From: Patescibacteria group bacterium
GTDB taxonomy: Bacteria > Patescibacteriota > Patescibacteriia > XYB2-FULL-38-15
Direction: 5' to 3'
Length of the DNA stretch: 64,000 nt
Assembly: GCA_041737355.1 (NCBI GenBank)
Contig: JBGSRW010000010.1
Span: 3,935-67,934, forward strand
A program made the translations under genes and the position numbers. This document shows, one piece after another, positions 26,035 to 34,814 of this stretch. The notes beneath the pieces were generated by a model. That model saw only the letters and a program-made list of their open reading frames with translations, was not told where the DNA came from and made no database searches. How positions within the stretch are numbered: the stretch's first letter is position 1; each line of letters begins with the position of its first letter.

Positions 26035-26661
26035 ATGCGCAAAAAATATATAGTTTTAGGAATTCTTTTTGTCGCGGTTTCGGCTTCTTTTTACGCTTTT
26101 GCCACAAAACCAAAAATAGTCCAGGATATGGGGAAAAAGGTAATCGAGGCGGTTTCTCCGACAACTTACGAGCCGATGTTCGCTCCGGCGCCGGCCGCGG
26201 CGGCGGGGGTTGAGACAATGGAAATCTACGCGAGAATCGGGGATATTAGAGGCGAAGGTAATGATCGCGAACACAAGGATTGGACCGAAGTTCAGTCTTT
26301 TAATTGGGAGGTCATAAAAAGCGGCAGCACTGTTAAAGAGGGAGAAGTCGTTTTGAAAATGAGAACCAACAAGTCTTCGCCAAAATTTTACGAGGCCATG
26401 CTCATCGGAAAGCATCATCCCGAAGCACAGATTGCCTTTAAAAGAACGAGTCAGTCCCAGGATTTTTTGAAGTGGACTCTGAAGGACGTGGTTATAACTT
26501 CTTACAGCACATTAAACGACCGGAGCGGAGAATCGGTTGACGAGGTGCGTTTGAAGATTTACCAAAGCGCCACGGAAGAATACACTCCGTTCAAGCCGGA
26601 CGGCAGCCCTGACGCGAAAGTAAAAGCCGGTTGGGATTTCAGTAAAGATACGGCCATATAA
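26035..26661 (+). CDS. Hcp (type VI secretion tube protein)-like domain fused to N-terminal signal/TM segment
   Basis: From residue 62: IYARIGDIRGE.ND.EHKDW.EV.SFNW...KSSPK......GKH.PEA...LKDVVITS...EY...KPDG......AGWD, collinear with Hcp1; residues 1-23 basic plus hydrophobic ending AFA. Confidence 0.85.
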   Translation: MRKKYIVLGILFVAVSASFYAFATKPKIVQDMGKKVIEAVSPTTYEPMFAPAPAAAAGVETMEIYARIGDIRGEGNDREHKDWTEVQSFNWEVIKSGSTVKEGEVVLKMRTNKSSPKFYEAMLIGKHHPEAQIAFKRTSQSQDFLKWTLKDVVITSYSTLNDRSGESVDEVRLKIYQSATEEYTPFKPDGSPDAKVKAGWDFSKDTAI

Positions 26662-26676
26662 AAAAGTTCAGAGGAT

Positions 26677-26705
26677 AAAAAGCCCGCTTTTTGGCGGGCT
26701 TTTTT
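26677..26705 (+). terminator. intrinsic terminator
   Basis: AAAAAGCCCGC-TTTTTG-GCGGGCTTTTTT. Confidence 0.8.
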
Positions 26706-26788
26706 GTTTCTTTCATTATCCGCTCTTTGGTGCTAAAATAGAAAAAAGCGGCGCAGGGCGGAGGTTATAATTTTTTTAAGCTATTTTC

Positions 26789-28264
26789 ATGCTTACCAAA
26801 TCCGATTTTTTAAAGTTCGTGCAGTGTCCCAAGTTTTTATGGCTCGGGAAATTCAGAAAAGACCTGATGGCCCAAGTCGACGAGGCAACCCAGCGGCGTT
26901 TTGACGAAGGGGCCGAAGTTGAGGAATACGCCTACAAATTGTTCCCGGGCGGCGTTTCGGCAAGGGGCAAAAATATCAAGGACGATATCGACAATACCAA
27001 GAAAATTTTGGCGGCCGGCGAGGAAATTATTTTCCAGCCGACTTTTTCAAATTACGACGCCAATCTTTACTGCCGGTCCGACATTTTGAAATTTGATAAG
27101 GCAAGGGGCGAGTGGGATATTTTTGAAGTCAAATCGGCGACCGAAGCCAAGGAAATAAACTACTACGACCTGGCTTTCCAGAAAATTTGCCTTGAGCAGG
27201 AAGGAAAAAAAGTCGGAAAGCTGAATCTTGTTTACGTGAACCGCGATTATGTCCGGCATGGCGAGATCGAACCGGAAAAATTTCTGATCGTGGAAGAGCT
27301 TACCGGCGAGATTTTAAAAATCGGAGAAAAGACGAGAAAGAAAATTCTCGAGGCACAGTATGTTTTGGGAACCAAGGACGAACCGAAAGTCAAAATTCTG
27401 AAGCAGTGCTACGCGCCGTACGAATGCAGTTTTATAGATTATTGCTGGAAGGATATAAAAGAAGGATCTATCTACGACGTCTACGGCGGGCTTTCGGCCA
27501 AGCAGCTTGAAGCTCTGCTCGATCTTGGAATTATGAATCTGGCCGACCTTCCCGAAGGATATGTCAAAAAAGAAAATTATTTGCGCCATCTTGAGGCGGT
27601 CCGGACCGGCGAACAGAAAATTGACAAGGAAAAAATCGCCGGGGAATTGGCCAAACTGAAATACCCGCTGTATTTTTTGGATTATGAGACCTACTCCCAG
27701 GTTGTTCCGCCATTCGACGGCTATCGTCCCTACGAGCAGATGGCTTTCCAATATTCGCTTGATATTGAAGACGCTCCCGGCGAAAAAATGCGCCACGTCG
27801 ATTTTCTCGCCCGCGATCCGGGCGATCCGGAAGTAAAGCTCGCCGAATCTTTAAGCAAGGCAATCGGGCCGGAAGGCACGGTTATTTCCTGGTTCAAGAC
27901 TTTCGAGTCCGGGCGGAACGCGGAAATGGGCGCCCGCTATCCGGAGTACAAGAAATTTTTTGAAAGCGTGAACAAGAGGATGTTCGATCTTATGGATATT
28001 TTCAAAAACGGATATTTCGTCGACAAAGGGTTTATGGCAAGCGCCTCGCTTAAAAAAGTTATGCCGATTATTGTGCCCGATCTTTCCTACAAGGATCTCG
28101 CTATCCAGGAAGGCGAGACAGCCTCAAATTCCTGGCCGAAACTGTTCGACAAGAAACTAAGCAAAGGAGAGCGGGAGAAAATTTATAAAGACATGATTGC
28201 CTATTGCCGTCTCGATACTCTGGCCATGGTCCGGATTTTGGAAAAAATGCGAAGTATTGTGTAG
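26789..28264 (+). CDS. DUF2779 protein (Cas4-like PD-(D/E)XK nuclease plus RNase H-like domain)
   Basis: QCPK..WL; RSDIL...IFEVKS; C-x5-C-x5-C; YFLDYET, FQYSL, SASLKKV, YCRLDT. Confidence 0.88.
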   Translation: MLTKSDFLKFVQCPKFLWLGKFRKDLMAQVDEATQRRFDEGAEVEEYAYKLFPGGVSARGKNIKDDIDNTKKILAAGEEIIFQPTFSNYDANLYCRSDILKFDKARGEWDIFEVKSATEAKEINYYDLAFQKICLEQEGKKVGKLNLVYVNRDYVRHGEIEPEKFLIVEELTGEILKIGEKTRKKILEAQYVLGTKDEPKVKILKQCYAPYECSFIDYCWKDIKEGSIYDVYGGLSAKQLEALLDLGIMNLADLPEGYVKKENYLRHLEAVRTGEQKIDKEKIAGELAKLKYPLYFLDYETYSQVVPPFDGYRPYEQMAFQYSLDIEDAPGEKMRHVDFLARDPGDPEVKLAESLSKAIGPEGTVISWFKTFESGRNAEMGARYPEYKKFFESVNKRMFDLMDIFKNGYFVDKGFMASASLKKVMPIIVPDLSYKDLAIQEGETASNSWPKLFDKKLSKGEREKIYKDMIAYCRLDTLAMVRILEKMRSIV

Positions 28265-28306
28265 CGTATAATATAATTATTAAATAAAAAAATTAATTTA
28301 AAACCT

Positions 28307-28855
28307 ATGAACAAAAAACTTTTTGCGGTTCTGGCGGTAGTCGCCCTCATTGTCACGCTTGGGGCCGGCTGCGGCGGAAAAAAAGAGCAGGAGAACCAAA
28401 ATCAAGGCAACCCTTCTGAAAATAATTCGGCGGGCGGGAATGAGGACGGGGGAATCTTTTCTTCAATCCGCGACGCCTTTGACCGTTCGGTATCGCTGCG
28501 CTGCGAGTACGTTGACGAAGACGGCGCGACTTCGATAAATTACATCAAAAACAAAATGATCCGGACCGAGGCGGCCGAGACAAAAGAGGGAGTGGCAAAA
28601 GTTTATGGGCTCTTCCGCGACGACAAAGCTTATATTTGGGACGACAAATCGGGCAACGGAATGATCTTAAGTCTTGACAAGATGCAGAATGATCCAGCCG
28701 ACATGGACGGGACGGAAGTGAGGAGCGCGGAAGATATTATCAAGGTGCTTGAAGAGAAAAAGGATAAATGCCGGGCCGAATCGGTTCCCGATTCATATTT
28801 TGAAGTGCCAGGTAACATTAAATTCCAGACCTGGGATATTCCGACTCAGCAATAA
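28307..28855 (+). CDS. lipoprotein
   Basis: MNKKLFAVL...LGAGC lipobox. Confidence 0.8.
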   Translation: MNKKLFAVLAVVALIVTLGAGCGGKKEQENQNQGNPSENNSAGGNEDGGIFSSIRDAFDRSVSLRCEYVDEDGATSINYIKNKMIRTEAAETKEGVAKVYGLFRDDKAYIWDDKSGNGMILSLDKMQNDPADMDGTEVRSAEDIIKVLEEKKDKCRAESVPDSYFEVPGNIKFQTWDIPTQQ

Positions 28856-28860
28856 AAAAT

Positions 28861-29000
28861 TAGACCCGTCCCCGAGCAGCGCGCTCGGGGAATCCGGGCG
28901 GGTATATAATGCAAAGCGTCGGCTCCGCCGACAAGTATTAATCCCTAAGCCTTCGTTCCCGCGTTTTTCGCGCGGAGAACTCAGGACACATTATAAAAAA
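28861..29000. repeat. structured intergenic repeat (REP/MITE-like), long copy
   Basis: Same ends as 20474-20552 plus 59 extra nt containing further hairpins. Confidence 0.85.
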
Positions 29001-29004
29001 ATCT

Positions 29005-29559
29005 ATGAATAAAAAACTTTTCGCGGTTTTGGGGGCGGTTGCGTTTGTGGCTTTGCTTGGAGCAAGCTGCGGCGGCGGAGGACCGACAACGGGCGGACCG
29101 GGCGGCACGACGGGCGGCGGCGCTTCCGATATAGAAAAAGTTTGCAGCTATTTCCCCAAAGAGCTGATTGAAGAGGCGATCGGCAAACCGATTGTCAAAA
29201 CAGAAGTGCCCTTTGTAGATGAAAAAAGTTGTTTCTACTACACTCTGTACACCGAAACTTTTGATCATACCCCGTATGGCGACAAGCCGGGCGGAACGCC
29301 GGTCGTCGCGGTTTATGATGATGAAGATTTTGCCAAGGATAGAATATCCAACGAGAAATCGGGCAGCAAATACGCGAAAGACGAGACAATCGGTATGGAC
29401 AATTTTGTCGTACGCAATCACGCCGGAAAAATTTGGCAGGTGGTTTTGGTTTTAGGCGGGGACAAATATATCAGAATGCATTTTGTCCATGACGCGATAA
29501 CCGGCGAAGAACTGGTGAAAATCGGAGCAAAGTTTGCGGAGAGAATTAAAGGACAATAA
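29005..29559 (+). CDS. lipoprotein, paralog of 32824-33747
   Basis: LLGASCGGGGPTTGGPGG; shared C..F..E.I.EA.GK...C.YYT.Y...PGG...IGM domain. Confidence 0.82.
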   Translation: MNKKLFAVLGAVAFVALLGASCGGGGPTTGGPGGTTGGGASDIEKVCSYFPKELIEEAIGKPIVKTEVPFVDEKSCFYYTLYTETFDHTPYGDKPGGTPVVAVYDDEDFAKDRISNEKSGSKYAKDETIGMDNFVVRNHAGKIWQVVLVLGGDKYIRMHFVHDAITGEELVKIGAKFAERIKGQ

Positions 29560-29571
29560 AAATTTAAAAGT

Positions 29572-30222
29572 ATGAACAAAAAATTTTTCGCAGCGTTCGC
29601 CGCGCTGGCTATGGTTGCAACGGTCGGCGCCGGATGTTTGGCCGGAGAGCAAAACGGTAACACGAATGCCAATACCAATGTCACGCCGGAACCGGAGCCG
29701 GTTGCCTGCACCCAGGAGGCAAAAATTTGTCCGGACGGTTCTTCCGTCGGACGGAGCGGGCCGGATTGCGAATTTGCGCCTTGCCCGGAAGGCGGCGACT
29801 ATCCCCTGAAAACATTTACCGACGAGACGCAAGGCATCGAGTTTCAATATCCGGAAACCTTGACGGCAAAATATATTAAAGCCCAGGAATGGCCGCCAAA
29901 AGTTACGGTGACAGCGGGTGAATTTTCTTGTCTTGAAACTTCGCCGACCGACAGTATTTCAACGAGGGTGGCGCAAAGGTTGGTGGACGACCGCGTCTAC
30001 TGCGTTACGGCCGCAAGCGAAGGCGCGGCCGGCAGCGTTTACACAACTTACGGTTATACAACTCTGAAAGAGGGGAAACTTATTTCTGTAAGTTTTATTT
30101 TACGTTATCCGCAGTGCCTGAACTATGACGATCCGCAAAAGAGCGAGTGCCAAGCGGAGCGGGAAACTTTTGATCTGGACGGCATAATTGACCGTATCGC
30201 GGCGAGCGTGAAGTTCAAGTAA
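29572..30222 (+). CDS. lipoprotein with CTQEAKICPDGS disulfide module
   Basis: VGAGC lipobox; CTQEAKICPDGSSVGRSGPDCEFAPCP; EGAAGSVY. Confidence 0.82.
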   Translation: MNKKFFAAFAALAMVATVGAGCLAGEQNGNTNANTNVTPEPEPVACTQEAKICPDGSSVGRSGPDCEFAPCPEGGDYPLKTFTDETQGIEFQYPETLTAKYIKAQEWPPKVTVTAGEFSCLETSPTDSISTRVAQRLVDDRVYCVTAASEGAAGSVYTTYGYTTLKEGKLISVSFILRYPQCLNYDDPQKSECQAERETFDLDGIIDRIAASVKFK

Positions 30223-30262
30223 ATTGCCGCTCTGATTTTAGAGAAAAATTTTTAAAGCAACC

Positions 30263-30709
30263 TTGATGCTCGAAAAACTGGATAAATATTTCAAGCGGCC
30301 GGTCGGGTTGATTGCTATCTGTTTTGTTAAAGCTGTCTGGGGAATAAGTCAGATGATTTTGGGTTTAGGAGCGATAATTTTGACCTGGATTTTCCGCCGG
30401 TTGGCCGAGGGAGAGCTGGTGCAAAAATTATTTTCCTATTTCGATCCGCGCGGAATATTGGAAACCTCAGTTACTTTCGGTTGGATAGTATTTCTTCTCG
30501 GCGCCGTGGATCTTGCTATCGCTCTCGGCGTTTGGTTCGGTTCATGGGCGGTCAGAAATGTCGGCTTGGTTTTTTTCTCGGGACTGTCAGTCTGGAGCTT
30601 GTATCACCTGAGCCTGGATTTTTCATTTTTCAAGATAGTGGTTTTACTGTTTGATTTTTTTACCCTTTTCTATTTCTGGCAAATTCTGCCGAAAAGCTTG
30701 AAAAAATAA
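30263..30709 (+). CDS. membrane protein (DUF2127-like)
   Basis: Four TM segments. Confidence 0.6.
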   Translation: MMLEKLDKYFKRPVGLIAICFVKAVWGISQMILGLGAIILTWIFRRLAEGELVQKLFSYFDPRGILETSVTFGWIVFLLGAVDLAIALGVWFGSWAVRNVGLVFFSGLSVWSLYHLSLDFSFFKIVVLLFDFFTLFYFWQILPKSLKK

Positions 30710-30720
30710 TTTTAAAATCT

Positions 30721-31092
30721 ATGACCCTGGACAAATTAACTCCGGAAGAAGAGAGAGTCATGGTTGGCAAGGGAACCGAGCCGCCGGGAACCGGGGAATA
30801 TCTGGAAAATTTTAACGAGGGAATTTATGTCTGCCGCCGCTGCGGCGCGCCGCTTTACGAATCCAAAAGTAAATTCCGTTCGGAGTGCGGCTGGCCGAGT
30901 TTTGACGAAGAGATTGAAGGGGCGATAAAACGAATTACCGATCCGGACGGAGCGCGAACGGAAATTGTCTGTCAAAATTGTGGAGCCCATCTCGGCCATG
31001 TTTTCATCGGAGAAAAGCTTACTTCTAAGGACACGAGGCATTGTGTAAATTCGATATCTTTAAAATTTATCTCCCGAAAAGATGGACATTGA
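30721..31092 (+). CDS. msrB: methionine-R-sulfoxide reductase
   Basis: KGTEPP, SECGWPSFD, HLGHVF, RHCVNS. Confidence 0.95.
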   Translation: MTLDKLTPEEERVMVGKGTEPPGTGEYLENFNEGIYVCRRCGAPLYESKSKFRSECGWPSFDEEIEGAIKRITDPDGARTEIVCQNCGAHLGHVFIGEKLTSKDTRHCVNSISLKFISRKDGH

Positions 31093-31639
31093 TAAAAAAG
31101 AAACCGCGGTTTTCGGCGGAGGATGTTTTTGGTCGATCGAGGCAGCTTTTGGGGAGATCCGTGGCGTTCTCTCAGTCGCCGCCGGATTTGCTGGTGGAAG
31201 AAAGAAAAATCCAACCTATGAGGAGGTTTCTACCGGGCAGACCGGCTACGCCGAAGTTGTAAAAATTGAATTTGATCCGGAGATTATTTCTTATATCGGT
31301 CTTCTTACAATTTATTTTGATCTCCACGATCCAACGAGTTTGAATAGGCAAGGTAACGATATTGGGGAACAATACCGTTCGGTAATTTTTTGGACAACCG
31401 AAAAACAGAAAGCCGAGGCGGAAAAAATGATTATTGATTTGGGTATGAGCGGCCGTTATAGTCGTCCGATCGTCACGGCAGTTGAACCGCTAACCGAATT
31501 TTGGACCGCTCCGGAATATCATCAGCGCTATTTTGAAAAAAATCAGGCCAAGCCATACTGCCTCGCGGTGATTTCTCCTAAAATGAAAAAATTTAGAGAG
31601 AAATACAAGAGATATTTAAAAGATAGTCTTGATTTATAA
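31082..31639 (+). CDS. msrA: peptide-methionine (S)-S-oxide reductase
   Basis: GGGCFW, RQGNDIGEQYRS, APEYHQRY. Confidence 0.95.
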   Translation: MDIDKKETAVFGGGCFWSIEAAFGEIRGVLSVAAGFAGGRKKNPTYEEVSTGQTGYAEVVKIEFDPEIISYIGLLTIYFDLHDPTSLNRQGNDIGEQYRSVIFWTTEKQKAEAEKMIIDLGMSGRYSRPIVTAVEPLTEFWTAPEYHQRYFEKNQAKPYCLAVISPKMKKFREKYKRYLKDSLDL

Positions 31640-31660
31640 ATTATAATTTTTAAAAAACCT

Positions 31661-32803
31661 ATGAACAAAAAAATCTTTGGAGGGGTGGCGATTTTTGCCA
31701 TAGCAATGCTTTTGGCCGGGCCGGTTTTGGCGGCGGAATTCAAGGGAGGGGAAAGCGTTTCTTTCCGCCAGGGAGAAACAGTGGCCGACAATCTTTACGC
31801 GGCCGGGGGAAACCTTACCGCCGAGGGCAGTGTCGAGGGCGATTTTCTGGCGGTCGGCGGGACGATTCTTTTTACCGGCCGGGTAACAAATGACGCGGCA
31901 ATTGCCGGGGGAACCTTGAGCCTGCTCGGGGAAGTCGGCGGCGATCTGCGGGCGGCCGGCGGAAATATTTCGCTCGGCGGACCGGTCGGCGGCGAACTGA
32001 TTGTCGCTGGTGGACAAATTTCAGCGAGTTCGCGCTGCCTCGTTGAGAAGTCGGCAACGTTTGCCGGAGGAACGGTTTCTTTCGACGGCGAAACCAAAGG
32101 GAAACTGGAAATCAGAGGCGGCGAAGTAGTCGTTAATGGAAAAGTCGGTGGCGAACTTTTTGTCCAGGCCGATAAATTAACCATCGGAAAAGACGCGGTC
32201 ATCTCCGGGAATCTTAATTACGAATCGCCCGACGAGGCGCTTATTGAACAGGGTTCACAAATTTCCGGAGAAATAAATTTTAAAAAAACGGAACGGGGTG
32301 GCGGTAGCGAAGGAAGGGATTTTGCCTGGGGCGCGATGGTCGGGGGATGGTTTGTCAGGTTGCTGATAATGCTTGTACTCGGCTTGCTTCTTTTCTTTGT
32401 CTTTAAAAGAGGGACAGCGGAACTCGTTAAAAGGAATCTCGCGGAATTCGGCTGGCAGCTCTTGCGCGGTCTTGTCATTATGATTGTCGTGCCGATTGCC
32501 TCGGTCATTGCCGCGGTGACAATTATCGGACTGCCCATAGCCGGAGTCTTTATGCTTCTTTACGCTATGTTCTGGATTCTCGCCGGGGCGATAGCCGGAA
32601 TGACGGTTGGCAGTCTGGCCTGCAAGATGATTTGGAAAAAGGAGATTGAGCTTGACTGGAAAATCGTTGCCGGAGGAATTACCGCTTACTGCCTTATCAC
32701 CGCCATTCCTTATCTCGGGTGGATCTTCGCGGCGGTTTTCTGCCTTACGGCTTTTGGCGGTTGGTGGAATTTCCTTTACGAGCGGGCGATGAAAGAAAGA
32801 TAA
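31661..32803 (+). CDS. exported bactofilin-like (polymer-forming beta-helix) protein with C-terminal multi-TM domain
   Basis: Signal peptide; repeated '[AV]AGG.[VIL]...G.V.GD' units; C-terminal TM helices. Confidence 0.82.
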   Translation: MNKKIFGGVAIFAIAMLLAGPVLAAEFKGGESVSFRQGETVADNLYAAGGNLTAEGSVEGDFLAVGGTILFTGRVTNDAAIAGGTLSLLGEVGGDLRAAGGNISLGGPVGGELIVAGGQISASSRCLVEKSATFAGGTVSFDGETKGKLEIRGGEVVVNGKVGGELFVQADKLTIGKDAVISGNLNYESPDEALIEQGSQISGEINFKKTERGGGSEGRDFAWGAMVGGWFVRLLIMLVLGLLLFFVFKRGTAELVKRNLAEFGWQLLRGLVIMIVVPIASVIAAVTIIGLPIAGVFMLLYAMFWILAGAIAGMTVGSLACKMIWKKEIELDWKIVAGGITAYCLITAIPYLGWIFAAVFCLTAFGGWWNFLYERAMKER

Positions 32804-32823
32804 AAAAATAATTACTTTAACCT

Positions 32824-33747
32824 ATGATTAACAAAAAACTTTTCGCGGTTTTGGGTGCGGCAGCGTTCGTGGCTTTGCTCGGGGCAAGCTGCGGAGGCGG
32901 CGGGCCGACAACGGGCGGTCCGGGCGGCGGAGGCGGTAACGGAGGCGGAGTGAATACCGTCATTACCGACATGTGCAGCCAGTTTTCTCCGGAGTGGATA
33001 AAAGAAGCGACAGGGAAAACCGTTGCTAAAACCGAAACGAGAAACAATGGAGCTTACTGCCACTACTACACCGAATACTCCGAGGATTTTTATAAATTGC
33101 CGGAGGGGAAAGTCGCTCCGGGCGGTCCGTGGTTTGCAATGAATTATGAAACAACCCTGCCCGTGGAAAATCAGAAGAAAGGTCATGAATTTCTTGACCA
33201 TAAAATCGAAACAAACCCGAAGATTGGCATGGAGCATTTTATCGCCGTTCAGGAAGACGGTTTGATCAACGAGATATATCTCGTGCTTGGAGAATCAAGT
33301 TTTGTAAGCATCAGCAGAAGTTCCGGTAAGGTTTTTAGCGAGGAAGGAATAATCGATTTTGCCGCCAAGGTCGCCGAGGTTCTGAAGAAAGGCGTGCCAA
33401 AACCAAAACAGGCGGAAAACCAAGCCGGGAGAGCCAGGGAATTTTTTCAGTATCTCTCCGATAAAAAAATCGATCAGGCTCTGGCCATGATGGACGCTGA
33501 CGCAGGGACTAAAGATGGTTGGCGGACCAATTTCAATACCATAAAATCTCTTGGCGTGAAGAGCGTGAATCCGGTATTCGAGGAGGAATGGACTTCTACC
33601 CGCCAAAGTTTCAAGTTTGACTTGGAAGTAAGCGTTACCTCGGAAGGCGAGGGTTACGGCTGGAATCAGGGGCAAAATTCAAGATGGGTTTCCCTGAAAA
33701 AAAACGGAGATATCTGGCAGATCCACGAATTGGCGAACAATCCGTAA
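32824..33747 (+). CDS. lipoprotein, paralog of 29005-29559 with an extra C-terminal domain
   Basis: Near-identical signal/Gly-rich N-terminus; extra ~110-aa domain. Confidence 0.82.
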   Translation: MINKKLFAVLGAAAFVALLGASCGGGGPTTGGPGGGGGNGGGVNTVITDMCSQFSPEWIKEATGKTVAKTETRNNGAYCHYYTEYSEDFYKLPEGKVAPGGPWFAMNYETTLPVENQKKGHEFLDHKIETNPKIGMEHFIAVQEDGLINEIYLVLGESSFVSISRSSGKVFSEEGIIDFAAKVAEVLKKGVPKPKQAENQAGRAREFFQYLSDKKIDQALAMMDADAGTKDGWRTNFNTIKSLGVKSVNPVFEEEWTSTRQSFKFDLEVSVTSEGEGYGWNQGQNSRWVSLKKNGDIWQIHELANNP

Positions 33748-33765
33748 ATATTGCGAGTCCGATTT

Positions 33766-33793
33766 AAAACCCGCCTCTTCGGGCGGGTTTTTT
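33766..33793 (+). terminator. intrinsic terminator
   Basis: AAAACCCGCCT-CTTC-GGGCGGGTTTTTT. Confidence 0.8.
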
Positions 33794-33844
33794 ATTTAAT
33801 CTTTTTGTGCTATAATTGAGTAAATTATTATTAAGGATAAAAAT

Positions 33845-34150
33845 ATGGAAATACAAAAAATGCAGGATTTCATGAATCCGACCGAGCTTGAGAAAAAGCA
33901 TACCCCGGTAATCGAGCGGCTGGGAAACGGAGAAGTTTTGGTCAGGGTCGGCCTCGTGCCCCATCCGATGGAGGAGGCGCACCGCGTCATGTGGGTTGAG
34001 CTGTACCGGAATAAAAAACTTGTGAAACGGGAGGAATTGAAACCGGCCATGCCGGCCGAAGCGGTTTTCGAAGTGCCGGATCTGAAACCGGAAGATATTC
34101 TGGTCGCCCGCGAAGAATGCAATATCCACGGGCTTTGGGAGAGCGTTTAG
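33845..34150 (+). CDS. superoxide reductase (neelaredoxin / SOR catalytic domain)
   Basis: EKKHTP, HPMEEAH, CNIHGLWE iron ligands. Confidence 0.92.
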   Translation: MEIQKMQDFMNPTELEKKHTPVIERLGNGEVLVRVGLVPHPMEEAHRVMWVELYRNKKLVKREELKPAMPAEAVFEVPDLKPEDILVAREECNIHGLWESV

Positions 34151-34176
34151 AATTTTTAATTAACTAACCATAAAAT

Positions 34177-34383
34177 ATGGTTGTGCCGATTTTATTCGGT
34201 AAGCCGATTCATCTTTGGTTCGGCCTTGTTCTCGCCCTTCTTCTCGCGGTCCAGATGACCGGGGGATTTATGATGGTAAAAAGAGGAAAAATGGAATATT
34301 TGAAATACCATAAATGGAACGCGGTCGTTCTCGGTCTTTTCGCTCTGGCCCATCTTTATTACGCCGTACGGCTTTATTTTTAA
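34177..34383 (+). CDS. small two-TM protein with membrane His residues
   Basis: HLWFG...YHKWNA...AHL. Confidence 0.65.
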   Translation: MVVPILFGKPIHLWFGLVLALLLAVQMTGGFMMVKRGKMEYLKYHKWNAVVLGLFALAHLYYAVRLYF

Positions 34384-34396
34384 GTTTTTTTGGATT

Positions 34397-34810
34397 ATGA
34401 AAAAAAGTTCGATTTTATTTTTTCTTTCTGCGGTTTTGATGCTGGCCGGCGCCGGTTGCGTTTCCGGACCGAAGACCTATTCCAACGAATCTGACGCGGC
34501 TCCGGTTATCAATATCAGCGGGGCAGAAATCCCGGTTGCCGATATCCAATATAATCAGGTCACAAGTTCCGCGGAAGTGGAAATCAAAAATTTTACCTTC
34601 AGCCCAGCGAGCATGACCATCAAAAAGGGCGGTAAGGTAACCTGGACCAACCGCGATTCGGCAAAACACGACGTGAAAGGCGACTTCTGGCAGAGCGAGC
34701 TTTTAGGTAAAGACGAAAGTTTCAGTAAAATTTTTGACACGGCCGGGACTTTTGATTATCATTGCGCGCCACATCCCAATATGACCGGAAAAATAATTGT
34801 GATTGAATAA
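34397..34810 (+). CDS. cupredoxin (plastocyanin/amicyanin-like) lipoprotein
   Basis: AGAGC lipobox; WTNRDSAKH; YHCAPHPNM type-1 Cu ligands. Confidence 0.9.
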   Translation: MKKSSILFFLSAVLMLAGAGCVSGPKTYSNESDAAPVINISGAEIPVADIQYNQVTSSAEVEIKNFTFSPASMTIKKGGKVTWTNRDSAKHDVKGDFWQSELLGKDESFSKIFDTAGTFDYHCAPHPNMTGKIIVIE

Positions 34811-34814
34811 TTTT

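Noticed and set aside
20146-28268. GTGTAGCGT at the ends of two genes (about 20146 and 28259)
   Set aside because: Only 9 nt including the stop codon; could be chance, and no larger shared structure was found
26789-29000. CRISPR array near the Cas4-like gene
   Set aside because: No regularly spaced direct repeats seen anywhere in the window; the nearby repeat has only two dispersed copies
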